Source: a bacterium (GTDB lineage: Bacteria; UBP7; UBA6624; JBBIMK01). Taken from it: DNA of 32,000 nucleotides. Both the position numbers and the translations under genes were made by a program. Position 1 is the stretch's first letter. The number at the start of each line of letters is the position of its first letter. Below the pieces are notes generated by a model. The model did no database searches and was not told the origin of the DNA. It saw only the letters and a program-made list of their open reading frames with translations. This document shows, piece by piece, positions 23,875 to 32,000 of this stretch. The stretch covers positions 64,725-96,724 of the forward strand of contig JBBIMK010000004.1 of assembly GCA_037444445.1 (NCBI GenBank), given 5' to 3'.

Positions 23875-25317
23875 TCAGTAGGCTCGGGCGAACACGACGA
23901 GGGAGGTGGCGGAAGAGCCACAGACTCCGCAAACCGCCCGTTTCTCCGGCTTTTCATCCAGGAGGATACATCGGAGGGTTGCGCCCGTGTCTGTTTTCAC
24001 TTTTCCCTCACATTTTTCTTGCCCGCACCAGGGTGTTTTAACAAACCCTTCCCTCACCTTCTGCTGCAGTTCGGAGTATTCCTCTGTGAAGACGGTGTGA
24101 GAGTGCAAAAAGTTTCGTGCATTCTGATAGACCCGGTCAGAAAGCGCCCGGAGAGAGTCCTGGAGGGCAATTTTGAGTGCGTCGCCAAGAGAGGGTTGAA
24201 ATTTCTCACCGGTGTCCCTGCGAACCAGGGTTACTTTTCCCGCTTTCACATCTTTCGGACCGATTTCAATCCGGACCGGCACGCCTCTCATTTCCCACTC
24301 ATTAAACTTCCAGCCGGGGGTATACTGTTCCCGGAGGTCGGCGTGGACCCTGAACTCTTCCGACAGGATGGAGCGGGCCTTTTCCACGGCTGACAGAATT
24401 TCCTCTTTCCCATGGTCAAAGAAGATGGGGACAATCACAGCCTGGTATGGCGATACATCGGGGGGAAGGATGAGGCCGGAATCGTCACCGTGGGTCATAA
24501 TAATGGCGCCGATAAGACGGGTAGAGACACCCCAGGAAGTTTGCCAGGGATGCTTCAGCATTCCATCTTTATCCAGGAACTGGATGTTAAAGGCTCTGGA
24601 GAAACCCTGGCCCAGATTATGAGAAGTTCCCGCCTGGAGGGCTTTTCCATCCGACAGGATGGCTTCCAGAGTATAGGTTCTCAGAGCGCCGGCGAAGCGT
24701 TCTGCTTCCGATTTCCGCCCCACAATTACAGGAATTCGCAGGTTTTCTTCTATCAATTTTCTGTAAATGCCCAGGATAGTCAGGGCTTCTTCTTCTGCTT
24801 CTTCTTCGGTGGTATGGACCGTATGCCCTTCCTGCCATAAAAACTCGGTGGTTCGCAAGAAGGGGCGGGTAGTTTTCTCCCATCGCACCACATTTGCCCA
24901 CTGGTTGATGAGCAGGGGAAGGTCGCGATAGGACTGAATCCATTTCGCATACATCGCATACATAATGGTTTCGGAGGTGGGGCGGATAGCGAGGGGCTCT
25001 TCTAATTCTTCTTGCCCGCCCCGGGTTACCCAGGCGCATTCGGGGGCGAAACCTTTCACATGCTCCGCTTCCTTCTTCAGAAAAGATTCCGGTATAAACA
25101 GGGGGAAATAAGCATTCTGATGCCCGAGGGCTTTAATTTCCCCATCCAGGATGCGCTGGATATTTTCCCAGATAGCAAATCCATAGGGGCGGATGACCAT
25201 ACAGCCTTTTACCGGCGCATAGTCCGCTAACTCCGCCGAGAGCACCACATCCGTATACCACCGGGTAATATCCAATCCTCGGGGGGTAATCTCTTTCAAC
25301 TTACGCTCCTGAGCCAA
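23875..25317 (-). CDS. proS: Proline--tRNA ligase, archaeal/eukaryote-like type (no INS editing domain, C-terminal Zn-binding domain)
   Basis: 480 aa. WYTDVVLSAELADYAPVKGCMVIRPYGFAIWE, class-II motifs, and a Cys-rich C-terminal domain ending ...VFARAY with the conserved terminal Tyr. Confidence 0.95.
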   Translation of the reverse strand: MAQERKLKEITPRGLDITRWYTDVVLSAELADYAPVKGCMVIRPYGFAIWENIQRILDGEIKALGHQNAYFPLFIPESFLKKEAEHVKGFAPECAWVTRGGQEELEEPLAIRPTSETIMYAMYAKWIQSYRDLPLLINQWANVVRWEKTTRPFLRTTEFLWQEGHTVHTTEEEAEEEALTILGIYRKLIEENLRIPVIVGRKSEAERFAGALRTYTLEAILSDGKALQAGTSHNLGQGFSRAFNIQFLDKDGMLKHPWQTSWGVSTRLIGAIIMTHGDDSGLILPPDVSPYQAVIVPIFFDHGKEEILSAVEKARSILSEEFRVHADLREQYTPGWKFNEWEMRGVPVRIEIGPKDVKAGKVTLVRRDTGEKFQPSLGDALKIALQDSLRALSDRVYQNARNFLHSHTVFTEEYSELQQKVREGFVKTPWCGQEKCEGKVKTDTGATLRCILLDEKPEKRAVCGVCGSSATSLVVFARAY

Positions 25318-25324
25318 GGGCTGT

Positions 25325-26530
25325 TCAACACTTTCCGCGCAGGATAGCTTCAGCGACCCTTATGCCGAGGCGAGTGGCTTTCACATCGTGTGTTCGTGCG
25401 ATATGAGCGCCCTGAGCTCTGGCAAGAACAGTAGCCGCCACCGAACCTATCAGGCGGTCTTCATTATGGTCGCCATAAATCGTACCAATGAAGGATTTCC
25501 TGGATACACCCACCAGAATAGGTCTTCCCAGCACCTTGTAATACCGTAGATAGTGCAAGAGGGTGAGGATGTGGTAGAGGCTTTTTCCGAATCCGATACC
25601 CGGGTCAATAATGATGTTTTCCTCCCGAAGGCCTGCCTGCGTGAGGCGTTGAATCTGCCGCTCAAAAAAATCGTAGATGTCCACCAGAACATCCGTGAAC
25701 TGAATGAGGTCCATCATCGTTTTCGGGGTTCCAATGATATGATTCAGAACATAAGGGACATTCAGGGAACGGAGGGTATCAGGCATGGCTTCATCCAGGG
25801 TTGAGCCGGAGATGTCGTTGACCATATCCGCGCCGGCGCGGACGGCTGCATCTGCCACCTTCGCCTTATAAGTATCAATGGAAATGGGATGGTCGGTGTG
25901 CCTTCGGAGGCGTTCAATCACGGGAAGCACCCGTTCCATTTCCACCTCTGCTGGGACGGGCTTTGACCCCGGGCGGGTGGACTCTCCGCCGATGTCCAGG
26001 ATGTCCGCCCCTTCTTCAATCAACTGCTCGGCTCGTTCCACAGCCTTTTCCACCGTAACATACCGCCCCCCATCGTAAAACGAATCCGGGGTTACATTCA
26101 GGATTCCCATATAGTACATCCCTTTAGAGAAATCCAGGCGTGTTGAGCCCACTGTTATAGGCGGTGGGGGGCTGGAACATTTCAGTAAAGAAGCCTCCAT
26201 CTCCTCCGAAATTTTAGCCAACTGAAAGGGCGCGCGCTTCAGCGATTCAATCACCTGCTGATATTGCCGGTGTGTCCCCAGCAAAAGCAGGGTATACGAC
26301 TCTTCTGACTGAAGTCTCATGAGATGGCGAGGCACTAAGGCATCCCCACCCTTCACCCGCATTTCCTGCTGGATGAGCAAGGCTTGCTGTAGGGTCAGAT
26401 TTCGCAGGTGCATAGCCTGAAACTGACTGCTTTGAAGGTAGTCCGAAAAACTTCCCTCCTCACAGGCGATACGGTTCAACCACTCTTCCACATCTCCCCG
26501 GGAGGGGAGTGAAAACACAGGACGCATCAT
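25325..26530 (-). CDS. folP: Dihydropteroate synthase with a ~130-aa N-terminal extension
   Basis: GILNVTPDSFYDGG, DIGGESTRPG, NDISG and GFGK lie in the C-terminal ~270 aa. The first ~130 aa are not part of canonical DHPS. The start ATG overlaps the purM stop (ATGA at 26527-26530). Confidence 0.9.
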   Translation of the reverse strand: MMRPVFSLPSRGDVEEWLNRIACEEGSFSDYLQSSQFQAMHLRNLTLQQALLIQQEMRVKGGDALVPRHLMRLQSEESYTLLLLGTHRQYQQVIESLKRAPFQLAKISEEMEASLLKCSSPPPPITVGSTRLDFSKGMYYMGILNVTPDSFYDGGRYVTVEKAVERAEQLIEEGADILDIGGESTRPGSKPVPAEVEMERVLPVIERLRRHTDHPISIDTYKAKVADAAVRAGADMVNDISGSTLDEAMPDTLRSLNVPYVLNHIIGTPKTMMDLIQFTDVLVDIYDFFERQIQRLTQAGLREENIIIDPGIGFGKSLYHILTLLHYLRYYKVLGRPILVGVSRKSFIGTIYGDHNEDRLIGSVAATVLARAQGAHIARTHDVKATRLGIRVAEAILRGKC

Positions 26531-27570
26531 GATAAGAATTTCACCCCTTCTTCATGGGCAACCACTTCTCCTATCAGCCAGGCTTTCCCCAGGAGGGCTT
26601 CACAATGGACCCGGATCGCTTCTGCGCGGGAAGCCTCCACCAGGAGCACCATGCCCACCCCCATATTGAAGGTGTGGAGCATTTCCTCCGGTTCCACTTC
26701 ACCCTCCGACTGCAAGAATTGAAAAATGGCGGGGCGGTCAAAAGCATTCAGGGAAATGTGAACTCCGAGACCCCGGGGAAGGATGCGAGAAATGTTATCC
26801 GGCATCCCACCGCCGGTAATGTGGGCAAGCCCGTGAACATCTGGATAAAAAGCCCTCAGCACTTCCAGAACTGCTGGCACATAGATTCGGGTGGGCGTGG
26901 AAAGGACATCTCCCAGAGTTTGAGTAAACTCTGGAGGACAGGAGGAAAGAGGGATTTTCTTGACCTTCAGGATGCGACGAATCAGAGAAAATCCGTTGGA
27001 GTGAACGCCGGAGGAAGGCAGACCCACCACCCGGTCTCCCGCCTTCATGGACTTCTGCGGCTGAATCCACTGGGAAGGGTCTAACAGCCCTATGGCAAAT
27101 CCCACCACATCATACAGATTTTTTGGAAAGAAGCCGGGGAGTTCTGCCGTTTCCCCGCCCACGAGAGCACAGCCGGACTCCAGGCAGGCGTCCGAAAGCC
27201 CGTGGAGAACCTCCTGATATACCGAGGGCTGAAGGACGGAGGATGCGAAATAATCCAGAAAGAGGAAGGGGCGAGCACCTGTGGTCACCAGGTCGTTCAC
27301 GCACATTGCCACTGCATCCCACCCGGCCACCCGGTTCTTTCCCAGACGGTGAAGGATTTCAATCTTCGTTCCAACGCCATCCGTGCAGGTAACCAGCAGG
27401 GGAGTAGCACCCGAGGGCAGGCTCCTGGGTGCCACCACTGCGGCAAATCCCCCTGCCCCTTCCAGCACTTCCGTGTGATAAGTTCGCTGAATCAACGGCA
27501 ATACCTTTTCCAGCGCCTCCTCTGCCTTCTGTATATCCACTCCTGCCTTTTTATAAGTCCACTTCATCAT
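26527..27570 (-). CDS. purM: Phosphoribosylformylglycinamidine cyclo-ligase (AIR synthetase)
   Basis: YKKAGVDIQKAEEAL, DGVGTK, VGGETAE. The track start is GTG 27648, abutting the upstream stop with no spacing to a Shine-Dalgarno. ATG 27570 (MMKWTYKKAGVD) gives the canonical ~347-aa length. The start choice is uncertain. Confidence 0.88.
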   Translation of the reverse strand: MMKWTYKKAGVDIQKAEEALEKVLPLIQRTYHTEVLEGAGGFAAVVAPRSLPSGATPLLVTCTDGVGTKIEILHRLGKNRVAGWDAVAMCVNDLVTTGARPFLFLDYFASSVLQPSVYQEVLHGLSDACLESGCALVGGETAELPGFFPKNLYDVVGFAIGLLDPSQWIQPQKSMKAGDRVVGLPSSGVHSNGFSLIRRILKVKKIPLSSCPPEFTQTLGDVLSTPTRIYVPAVLEVLRAFYPDVHGLAHITGGGMPDNISRILPRGLGVHISLNAFDRPAIFQFLQSEGEVEPEEMLHTFNMGVGMVLLVEASRAEAIRVHCEALLGKAWLIGEVVAHEEGVKFLS

Positions 27571-27650
27571 TTCAACCCTGCATTCCAATTTTTCAATTCC
27601 GAAACCATCACCCCATATAGAATGGAGATTTCTCTTCTCACTCCACACTC

Positions 27651-28733
27651 CTACATAGCGGATGGGAGGATGGACCCCCGTGTGACGAGGCTGCCATCGC
27701 CGAGGATATTCCCCGACCGGATGACCACATCGTCTTCCACGATGGAATCCTGCCCGAGAACGCTTTCGCGAACCCGCGCCCGCTCGCCCACCACCACGCC
27801 ATCAAATAAAATGCACTCGCTCAGTGCGCTCTGTTTTCGCAATCTTCCCCGACTCCCAATCACGGTATATTCTCCGATGTAGACCTCCTCTTCCACCACC
27901 ACCTTATCGCCAATCAGGACGAACTCGCTAATATGGCAGGAAGGGTGAAGCCGAACATCTTCCCCGAGCCAGATTGACCGTTTATCGCCCTTTTTCCCGG
28001 GCAATACGACTTTGACCTTCCCGGAAAGAATATCGCGATGAGCCCTCATATAAGTGGAAAGGGTGCCCACATCCAGCCAGTAGGAATCAAAGACTACACC
28101 ATAGAAGGGGAAATGCTCATCCAGGAGCATAGGGAACAGGTCGCGTTCAAAGGAAAAATTGGTGGCGGGGGGGATGCGGGAGAGGATTTCTGTATCCAGA
28201 AGATAAATGCCCGCATTGATAGTTTTCTGGGTGGCTTCATACTCTGTGGGCTTTTCAATGAACCTCTTCACCCGTCCCTCCCGGTCCATCAGCACCAAAC
28301 CAAAAGGAGAGGGGTCATCCACCTCCTTCAGAGCAATGGAGGCTTTCGCATTCTTTTTCTTATGAGTGGCTATCAGGCGACTGAGGTCAATATCGGTGAG
28401 CAAATCCCCGTTGAACACCAGAACAGAGCCGGGCTTTAGGTAGGCTTCCACATTCCTCAGAGCACCCGCCGTGCCCAGAGGTTCTTGCTCCACGGAAAAC
28501 TGGATATTCACTCCGTAACGGCTCCCATCCCCCAGAAACTCCATAATCTCATCCGCTTTATAGCAGAGGCTCAACAGGATGTCCGTAATCTGGTAAGATT
28601 TCAGGTAATCCAGCATATAGAGGATAAAGGGCTTGCCCGCCAGGGGTAGAAGAGGTTTGGGGGCCCGAAAAGTGTAAGGCTTTAAACGGGTTCCCCGCCC
28701 ACCCGCCAAGATGACCGCTTGCATCCCTTTCAT
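27651..28733 (-). CDS. NDP-sugar pyrophosphorylase (mannose-1-P guanylyl-/glucose-1-P nucleotidyl-transferase-like) with a C-terminal left-handed beta-helix
   Basis: The N-terminal AVILAGGRGTRLKPYTFRAPKPLLPLAGKP carries the GxGTRL signature. The C-terminal third has hexapeptide-repeat character (IGDKVVV, IGEYTVIG, VVVGERARV). Confidence 0.85.
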   Translation of the reverse strand: MKGMQAVILAGGRGTRLKPYTFRAPKPLLPLAGKPFILYMLDYLKSYQITDILLSLCYKADEIMEFLGDGSRYGVNIQFSVEQEPLGTAGALRNVEAYLKPGSVLVFNGDLLTDIDLSRLIATHKKKNAKASIALKEVDDPSPFGLVLMDREGRVKRFIEKPTEYEATQKTINAGIYLLDTEILSRIPPATNFSFERDLFPMLLDEHFPFYGVVFDSYWLDVGTLSTYMRAHRDILSGKVKVVLPGKKGDKRSIWLGEDVRLHPSCHISEFVLIGDKVVVEEEVYIGEYTVIGSRGRLRKQSALSECILFDGVVVGERARVRESVLGQDSIVEDDVVIRSGNILGDGSLVTRGSILPSAM

Positions 28734-28795
28734 ATCTTCTCGCTCAACCGCAGATAATTGTAGACGAGAATCAGCGATTTATCAACCCGGTGGCT

Positions 28796-29518
28796 CTATG
28801 ATTTTTTCGGAGGTTTGGAGGGGCGGATTTCCACATAGGAAGGAAGGCTACGAGGGTCATGGCGAAGCAGGTCCACCACCACCCGGGCGATGTCCTCCGG
28901 CAGGAGCGCCCACCCGGCTTTCGGGGTTCCTCTTCCGCCGAATTGAGTGTCCACACTACCAGGCGCAATATAACTCACTTTGATATTGTCATACCGGACT
29001 TCCTGCATAAGGGCTTCTGAGAAGCCATTCAGCCCGAACTTAGAAGCATTATACGCTGTGGCGCCGGGAAAGGCATTCTTACCCGCCAGGCTGGAGATGT
29101 TGAAAATATATCCCCCACCCCGCTGGCGCATCAAGGGAATCGCTATCCGACAACAGTAAAACACCCCTGTCAGGTTGGTCTCTATGCACTCCTGCCACTT
29201 CTCAATGGGCAGGGTGTCCACATTGCCAAAGCCTCCCACTCCTGCATTATTCACCAGGACATCCAGCCCGCCGAAAGTTTCCACCGTATGCGCCATCAGA
29301 TTTTGCACCTGCTCATATTTTCGGACATCGCAGGGAAAGCCTGTCACACAGCCGGGAAACTCCTTCTGATAGGCATCCACCCTTTCTTCCACATCCCGGG
29401 CGGTGCGAGCGGTCACCACCACCCGAAATCTCTCCTTCAAAAGAGCATCAGCAATGGCCCTTCCAATTCCACGAGTGCTTCCCGTGACCACCGCCACCTT
29501 TCCAGCCATTTCATTCAT
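28796..29518 (-). CDS. Short-chain dehydrogenase/reductase (classical SDR)
   Basis: VAVVTGSTRGIGRAIA (TGxxxGIG), LVNNAGV, and YNASK (YxxxK). Confidence 0.85.
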   Translation of the reverse strand: MNEMAGKVAVVTGSTRGIGRAIADALLKERFRVVVTARTARDVEERVDAYQKEFPGCVTGFPCDVRKYEQVQNLMAHTVETFGGLDVLVNNAGVGGFGNVDTLPIEKWQECIETNLTGVFYCCRIAIPLMRQRGGGYIFNISSLAGKNAFPGATAYNASKFGLNGFSEALMQEVRYDNIKVSYIAPGSVDTQFGGRGTPKAGWALLPEDIARVVVDLLRHDPRSLPSYVEIRPSKPPKKS

Positions 29519-29876
29519 CTTCCATCACCCCTTTTTCTTTCTACCCGAAGTATAACTCCATTGAGTGAGATTTTTACCCGTTCCTAACGATTCACGATTG
29601 GATAGAGAGAAAGGAGGGCAGGCATTCCCCTTGAAGTCACAGCAGGGAATGGGAAATGCGGAAAGAAAGTCAAAAACAGAAAAAGATAGATTCTTTTTCC
29701 TGTCCTTCCTACAAAAGATTGATTTTTTTAAATATCCCTTACATTTCATAATCGGGTGGAAGCAAGGATGTATAAGGTAGTCAGTAGAGCCCCTGACCCC
29801 GGGTAATTTTCGGGCTTTCTTGGCTCATTTTCTCTTCTTTTCACTGCAGGACTTTTCAGAATCGCCATTCAATCCC

Positions 29877-29905
29877 TTGATTTTTCCTGCAAAAAATGTT
29901 ATTCT
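29877..29905 (+). promoter_or_regulatory. Putative sigma70 promoter with extended -10 heading the right-end hypothetical gene pair
   Basis: TTGATT (29877-29882), a 17-nt spacer containing TG at 29897-29898, then TATTCT (29900-29905). It lies in a 470-nt non-coding gap. Confidence 0.4.
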
Positions 29906-29989
29906 GGTGTTGATAGGAGATGACGAAAGGTCATCCTATTTTCTTTTCGTGGTGGAATCCGGTGAAGAAAATTCTCACTTCTTCAGCGT

Positions 29990-31219
29990 TTGCATTATTC
30001 ACCCTCTCCGTTTTCTCGGTGGAAAATGGTGGGGCAGGATTACATTCGGGCGTGCCAGTTGCCCAAACCTTCCCAGTCGCCCATGTATGGGCAATTCGGT
30101 AGATTACCCGACATCCCCACCGGCTTTGACTGGTCATTTCTGAATGCCGGCGGAGCAGGTGGCGCCCCTGGTGCTGGTGGCGGGTTTGAATCCATGTCCG
30201 GCGGTGGCGAGTCTAGTAATAACATTCCCTTCAACTGTGGTAAGCATCAGGAGTTCTCTGGATTTGGCAACATTTCAGATATAAATTCGTGGATTGACCC
30301 TAATTTGAATGATGGTACTCCTCCGGTGATTACAAATGTAAGTCCTCCCAATAATTCTTCGGTGGACTACAACGTAACTTTTAGCGCGCACATTGAGGAG
30401 GAGCAGGAAATAGCAGTCCAACTATGGGTTGACAATTTTCTTATCGTTTATCAAGGCAATAATAAAATAGACCCTGGTACGAAAACCTTTACCTTATCTT
30501 TTCCTATCCCCTATGTTCTGGGAAATTATAACCCCTGTATTGAGGATGCTTTCTATTTACCAAAAGGGAACAGAACCGTAAAAATTAAGGCTTTTGATAA
30601 AGGGGGTAGTTCCAGCGAGGCCTCTTTATCGTTAAACATCCAAAACTCTTACTTTGACCAAGTAATACGAGATTTGGAAAACTTGAAACGAGATATTTCC
30701 AACAGCGATTTATCCTCAGCAGATAAAGCATTTATGACTGCCACAATCAATTACTGGGAGGCTGATATTAACATAACCTCTTTATCCGTAGAGCAATATC
30801 TACAAGAATTGAGCACTTACAGAGATGCTGTAAACAGCTGGGGCGGAACTCTGGATGGGGAATTGATATCATCATCCGCTGATAGACAAAACATTCAAAA
30901 CAAACTGAATGATACCTATAACATCTTAAATAACGACAGATCTCATTGGCCTCAGTATCAACTGGCTATTGCTGGATGGATAATTATTGGAGGGATTCTG
31001 GTTGGGGCGTTCGCACTGGGCCTTGTTCTCATACACAAGCACACTTGCACAAGCTGTGCTATCGGTGGAGCCTTGATACTCATCCCATGTGCAGTAGCGG
31101 CGGTAGGAGCCGCAGCTGCTGCAGCACTGACAGGTGAAGGGCTGGCAGTCGCTTTGGCAGGTACTGCCGTCGCAGGAGGCTGCGTGAAACTGCTGGTACC
31201 ATGCATAGATGCATGCTAA
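29990..31219 (+). CDS. Hypothetical protein: Gly-rich linker, Ig-like beta domain, helical region and a Gly/Ala/Cys-rich hydrophobic C-terminal tail
   Basis: Long uninterrupted ORF with protein-like composition, but I recognise no family. The track start is TTG 29990; ATG 30026 (MVGQDY) is more plausible. See the findings for the architecture and the upstream out-of-frame signal-peptide ORF. Confidence 0.65.
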   Translation: MHYSPSPFSRWKMVGQDYIRACQLPKPSQSPMYGQFGRLPDIPTGFDWSFLNAGGAGGAPGAGGGFESMSGGGESSNNIPFNCGKHQEFSGFGNISDINSWIDPNLNDGTPPVITNVSPPNNSSVDYNVTFSAHIEEEQEIAVQLWVDNFLIVYQGNNKIDPGTKTFTLSFPIPYVLGNYNPCIEDAFYLPKGNRTVKIKAFDKGGSSSEASLSLNIQNSYFDQVIRDLENLKRDISNSDLSSADKAFMTATINYWEADINITSLSVEQYLQELSTYRDAVNSWGGTLDGELISSSADRQNIQNKLNDTYNILNNDRSHWPQYQLAIAGWIIIGGILVGAFALGLVLIHKHTCTSCAIGGALILIPCAVAAVGAAAAAALTGEGLAVALAGTAVAGGCVKLLVPCIDAC

Positions 31220-31275
31220 AAGAGGTGTTTTAACTTATAGCGACGACTCTTTACATCTTCTACCTATGGTTTTTC

Positions 31276-31890
31276 TTGATGGGAATAGCGTTATTCTGTG
31301 GGGCAAAAGGAGTTTATGGAGCCCTCACTTTGGGCTCCCAGAAGAAAGCCCCTGCCTCTCCAAACCTGTTTGAAACCTATGCGGGCTCTTTCGCCTCCAG
31401 CCTTGCTTTTCAGGATAAAGGCTTTCGCTTGATACTTTATTATATTTATTCCTTCTATTATTTATTCAGTTATGTGGGTATCATGTTACCTTTACTTACT
31501 CTCCCAAAAGCCTCCATCATGGGCGGTATTATTTACTTCATCACTTTCGCCATGTGGGTGTCTTTCTTTGCCTGGTTTATTCTCCGTTTGGAAGGAATTA
31601 TCGTGGAGAAAAAACCGATTACTCCCTATGCAGCCACTCCCAAAACCCTGAAGGTGGCAGGTCAACTGCTTTTCTTTTTCTTTTCCTATCCCAAAATCGC
31701 AATTTCCTGGAGCGGGCTGTATCTGTTGATTTACGGTTATCAGGTCCATAATGGCTATCTCATAAGCACAGGTTGGTATTTTTTTACTGCCTTCTTGCTT
31801 TTATTCCTACTTATAGCCCTGATGAACATTGCCCGTCACACGAAGGCTCACCGGAAATCAGAACCTTTTCCTGATCTTCTCTGGCTTTAA
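31276..31890 (+). CDS. Hypothetical polytopic membrane protein (~5 TM helices)
   Basis: 204 aa with aromatic-rich hydrophobic segments (FRLILYYIYSFYYLFSYVGIMLPLL, IMGGIIYFITFAMWVSFFAWFIL, LLFFFFSYPKIAISWSGLYLLIYGY, WYFFTAFLLLFLLIALMNI). It lies 56 nt downstream of the previous ORF. TTG 31276 or ATG 31279 start. No family recognised. Confidence 0.6.
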   Translation: MMGIALFCGAKGVYGALTLGSQKKAPASPNLFETYAGSFASSLAFQDKGFRLILYYIYSFYYLFSYVGIMLPLLTLPKASIMGGIIYFITFAMWVSFFAWFILRLEGIIVEKKPITPYAATPKTLKVAGQLLFFFFSYPKIAISWSGLYLLIYGYQVHNGYLISTGWYFFTAFLLLFLLIALMNIARHTKAHRKSEPFPDLLWL

Positions 31891-31946
31891 GCAACAATTG
31901 TCTTTCCCCGTATGAACTTTTAGGGTCTGACCCCAAAAGTTCTCCG

Positions 31947-31967
31947 GGAAGGAGTTTGTCTCCTTCC
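31947..31967. terminator. Stem-loop (8-bp stem) downstream of the membrane-protein gene; possible terminator
   Basis: GGAAGGAG-tttgt-CTCCTTCC. There is no clean U-tract on the plus strand. On the minus strand it is followed by CGGAGAACTTTT, so the direction of action is ambiguous. Confidence 0.3.
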
Positions 31968-32000
31968 GTCAGAATAAGCGGGACTCCCGAATTATTCAGA

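Noticed and set aside
29519-29876. Small ORFs in the 470-nt gap (29525-29749 -, 29565-29780 +, 29820-30143 +) and short inverted repeats (CATTCCC/GGGAATG around 29624-29652; GAAAAAG/CTTTTTC around 29679-29699).
   Set aside because: The ORFs lack SDs and have implausible composition. The inverted repeats are short (7 bp) and unremarkable for an AT-rich divergent promoter region. This is possibly regulatory but unsupported.

Overview
About 32 kb of bacterial chromosome at roughly 50 % GC by hand counts. It is probably an uncultivated diderm lineage, because LPS-heptose genes hldD and a GT9 heptosyltransferase are present; I cannot assign taxonomy from sequence alone. I call 31 protein genes and 3 tRNAs. 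The left end is the classical minus-strand cluster tRNA-Tyr/Gly/Thr - tuf - rpmG - secE - nusG; rpmG and the nusG fragment are absent from the ORF track and were found by hand translation. Next come rsmI, a seven-bladed beta-propeller protein, an unusual DprA-like/methyltransferase-like fusion, terC-family, hldD, a sugar epimerase, a deoxyhypusine-synthase-like gene, a GNAT/thioredoxin-like fusion and an S9 peptidase. A sharply AT-rich ~2.6-kb cassette (bioY - DUF1284-like - ClC channel) is bracketed by imperfect colinear direct repeats and carries repeated hairpin modules. After it come a PhoU-like gene, a TolB-like propeller, a GYD protein and asnA. A long minus-strand block follows: rdgB, EamA/ArnE-like, GT9, ICMT-like, proS, folP, purM, NDP-sugar pyrophosphorylase, SDR. 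The right end is a lower-GC patch encoding an unclassifiable 409-aa protein with a Gly/Ala/Cys-rich hydrophobic C-terminal tail, plus an adjacent polytopic membrane protein. No CRISPR array, transposase, integrase or rRNA was seen. The items most worth follow-up are the DprA-like/MTase-like fusion (4674-6575), the repeat-bracketed AT-rich cassette with its structured RNA-like elements (14515-17287), and the right-end hypothetical pair (29877-31890). All functional calls rest on motif recognition by eye; no database search was run.
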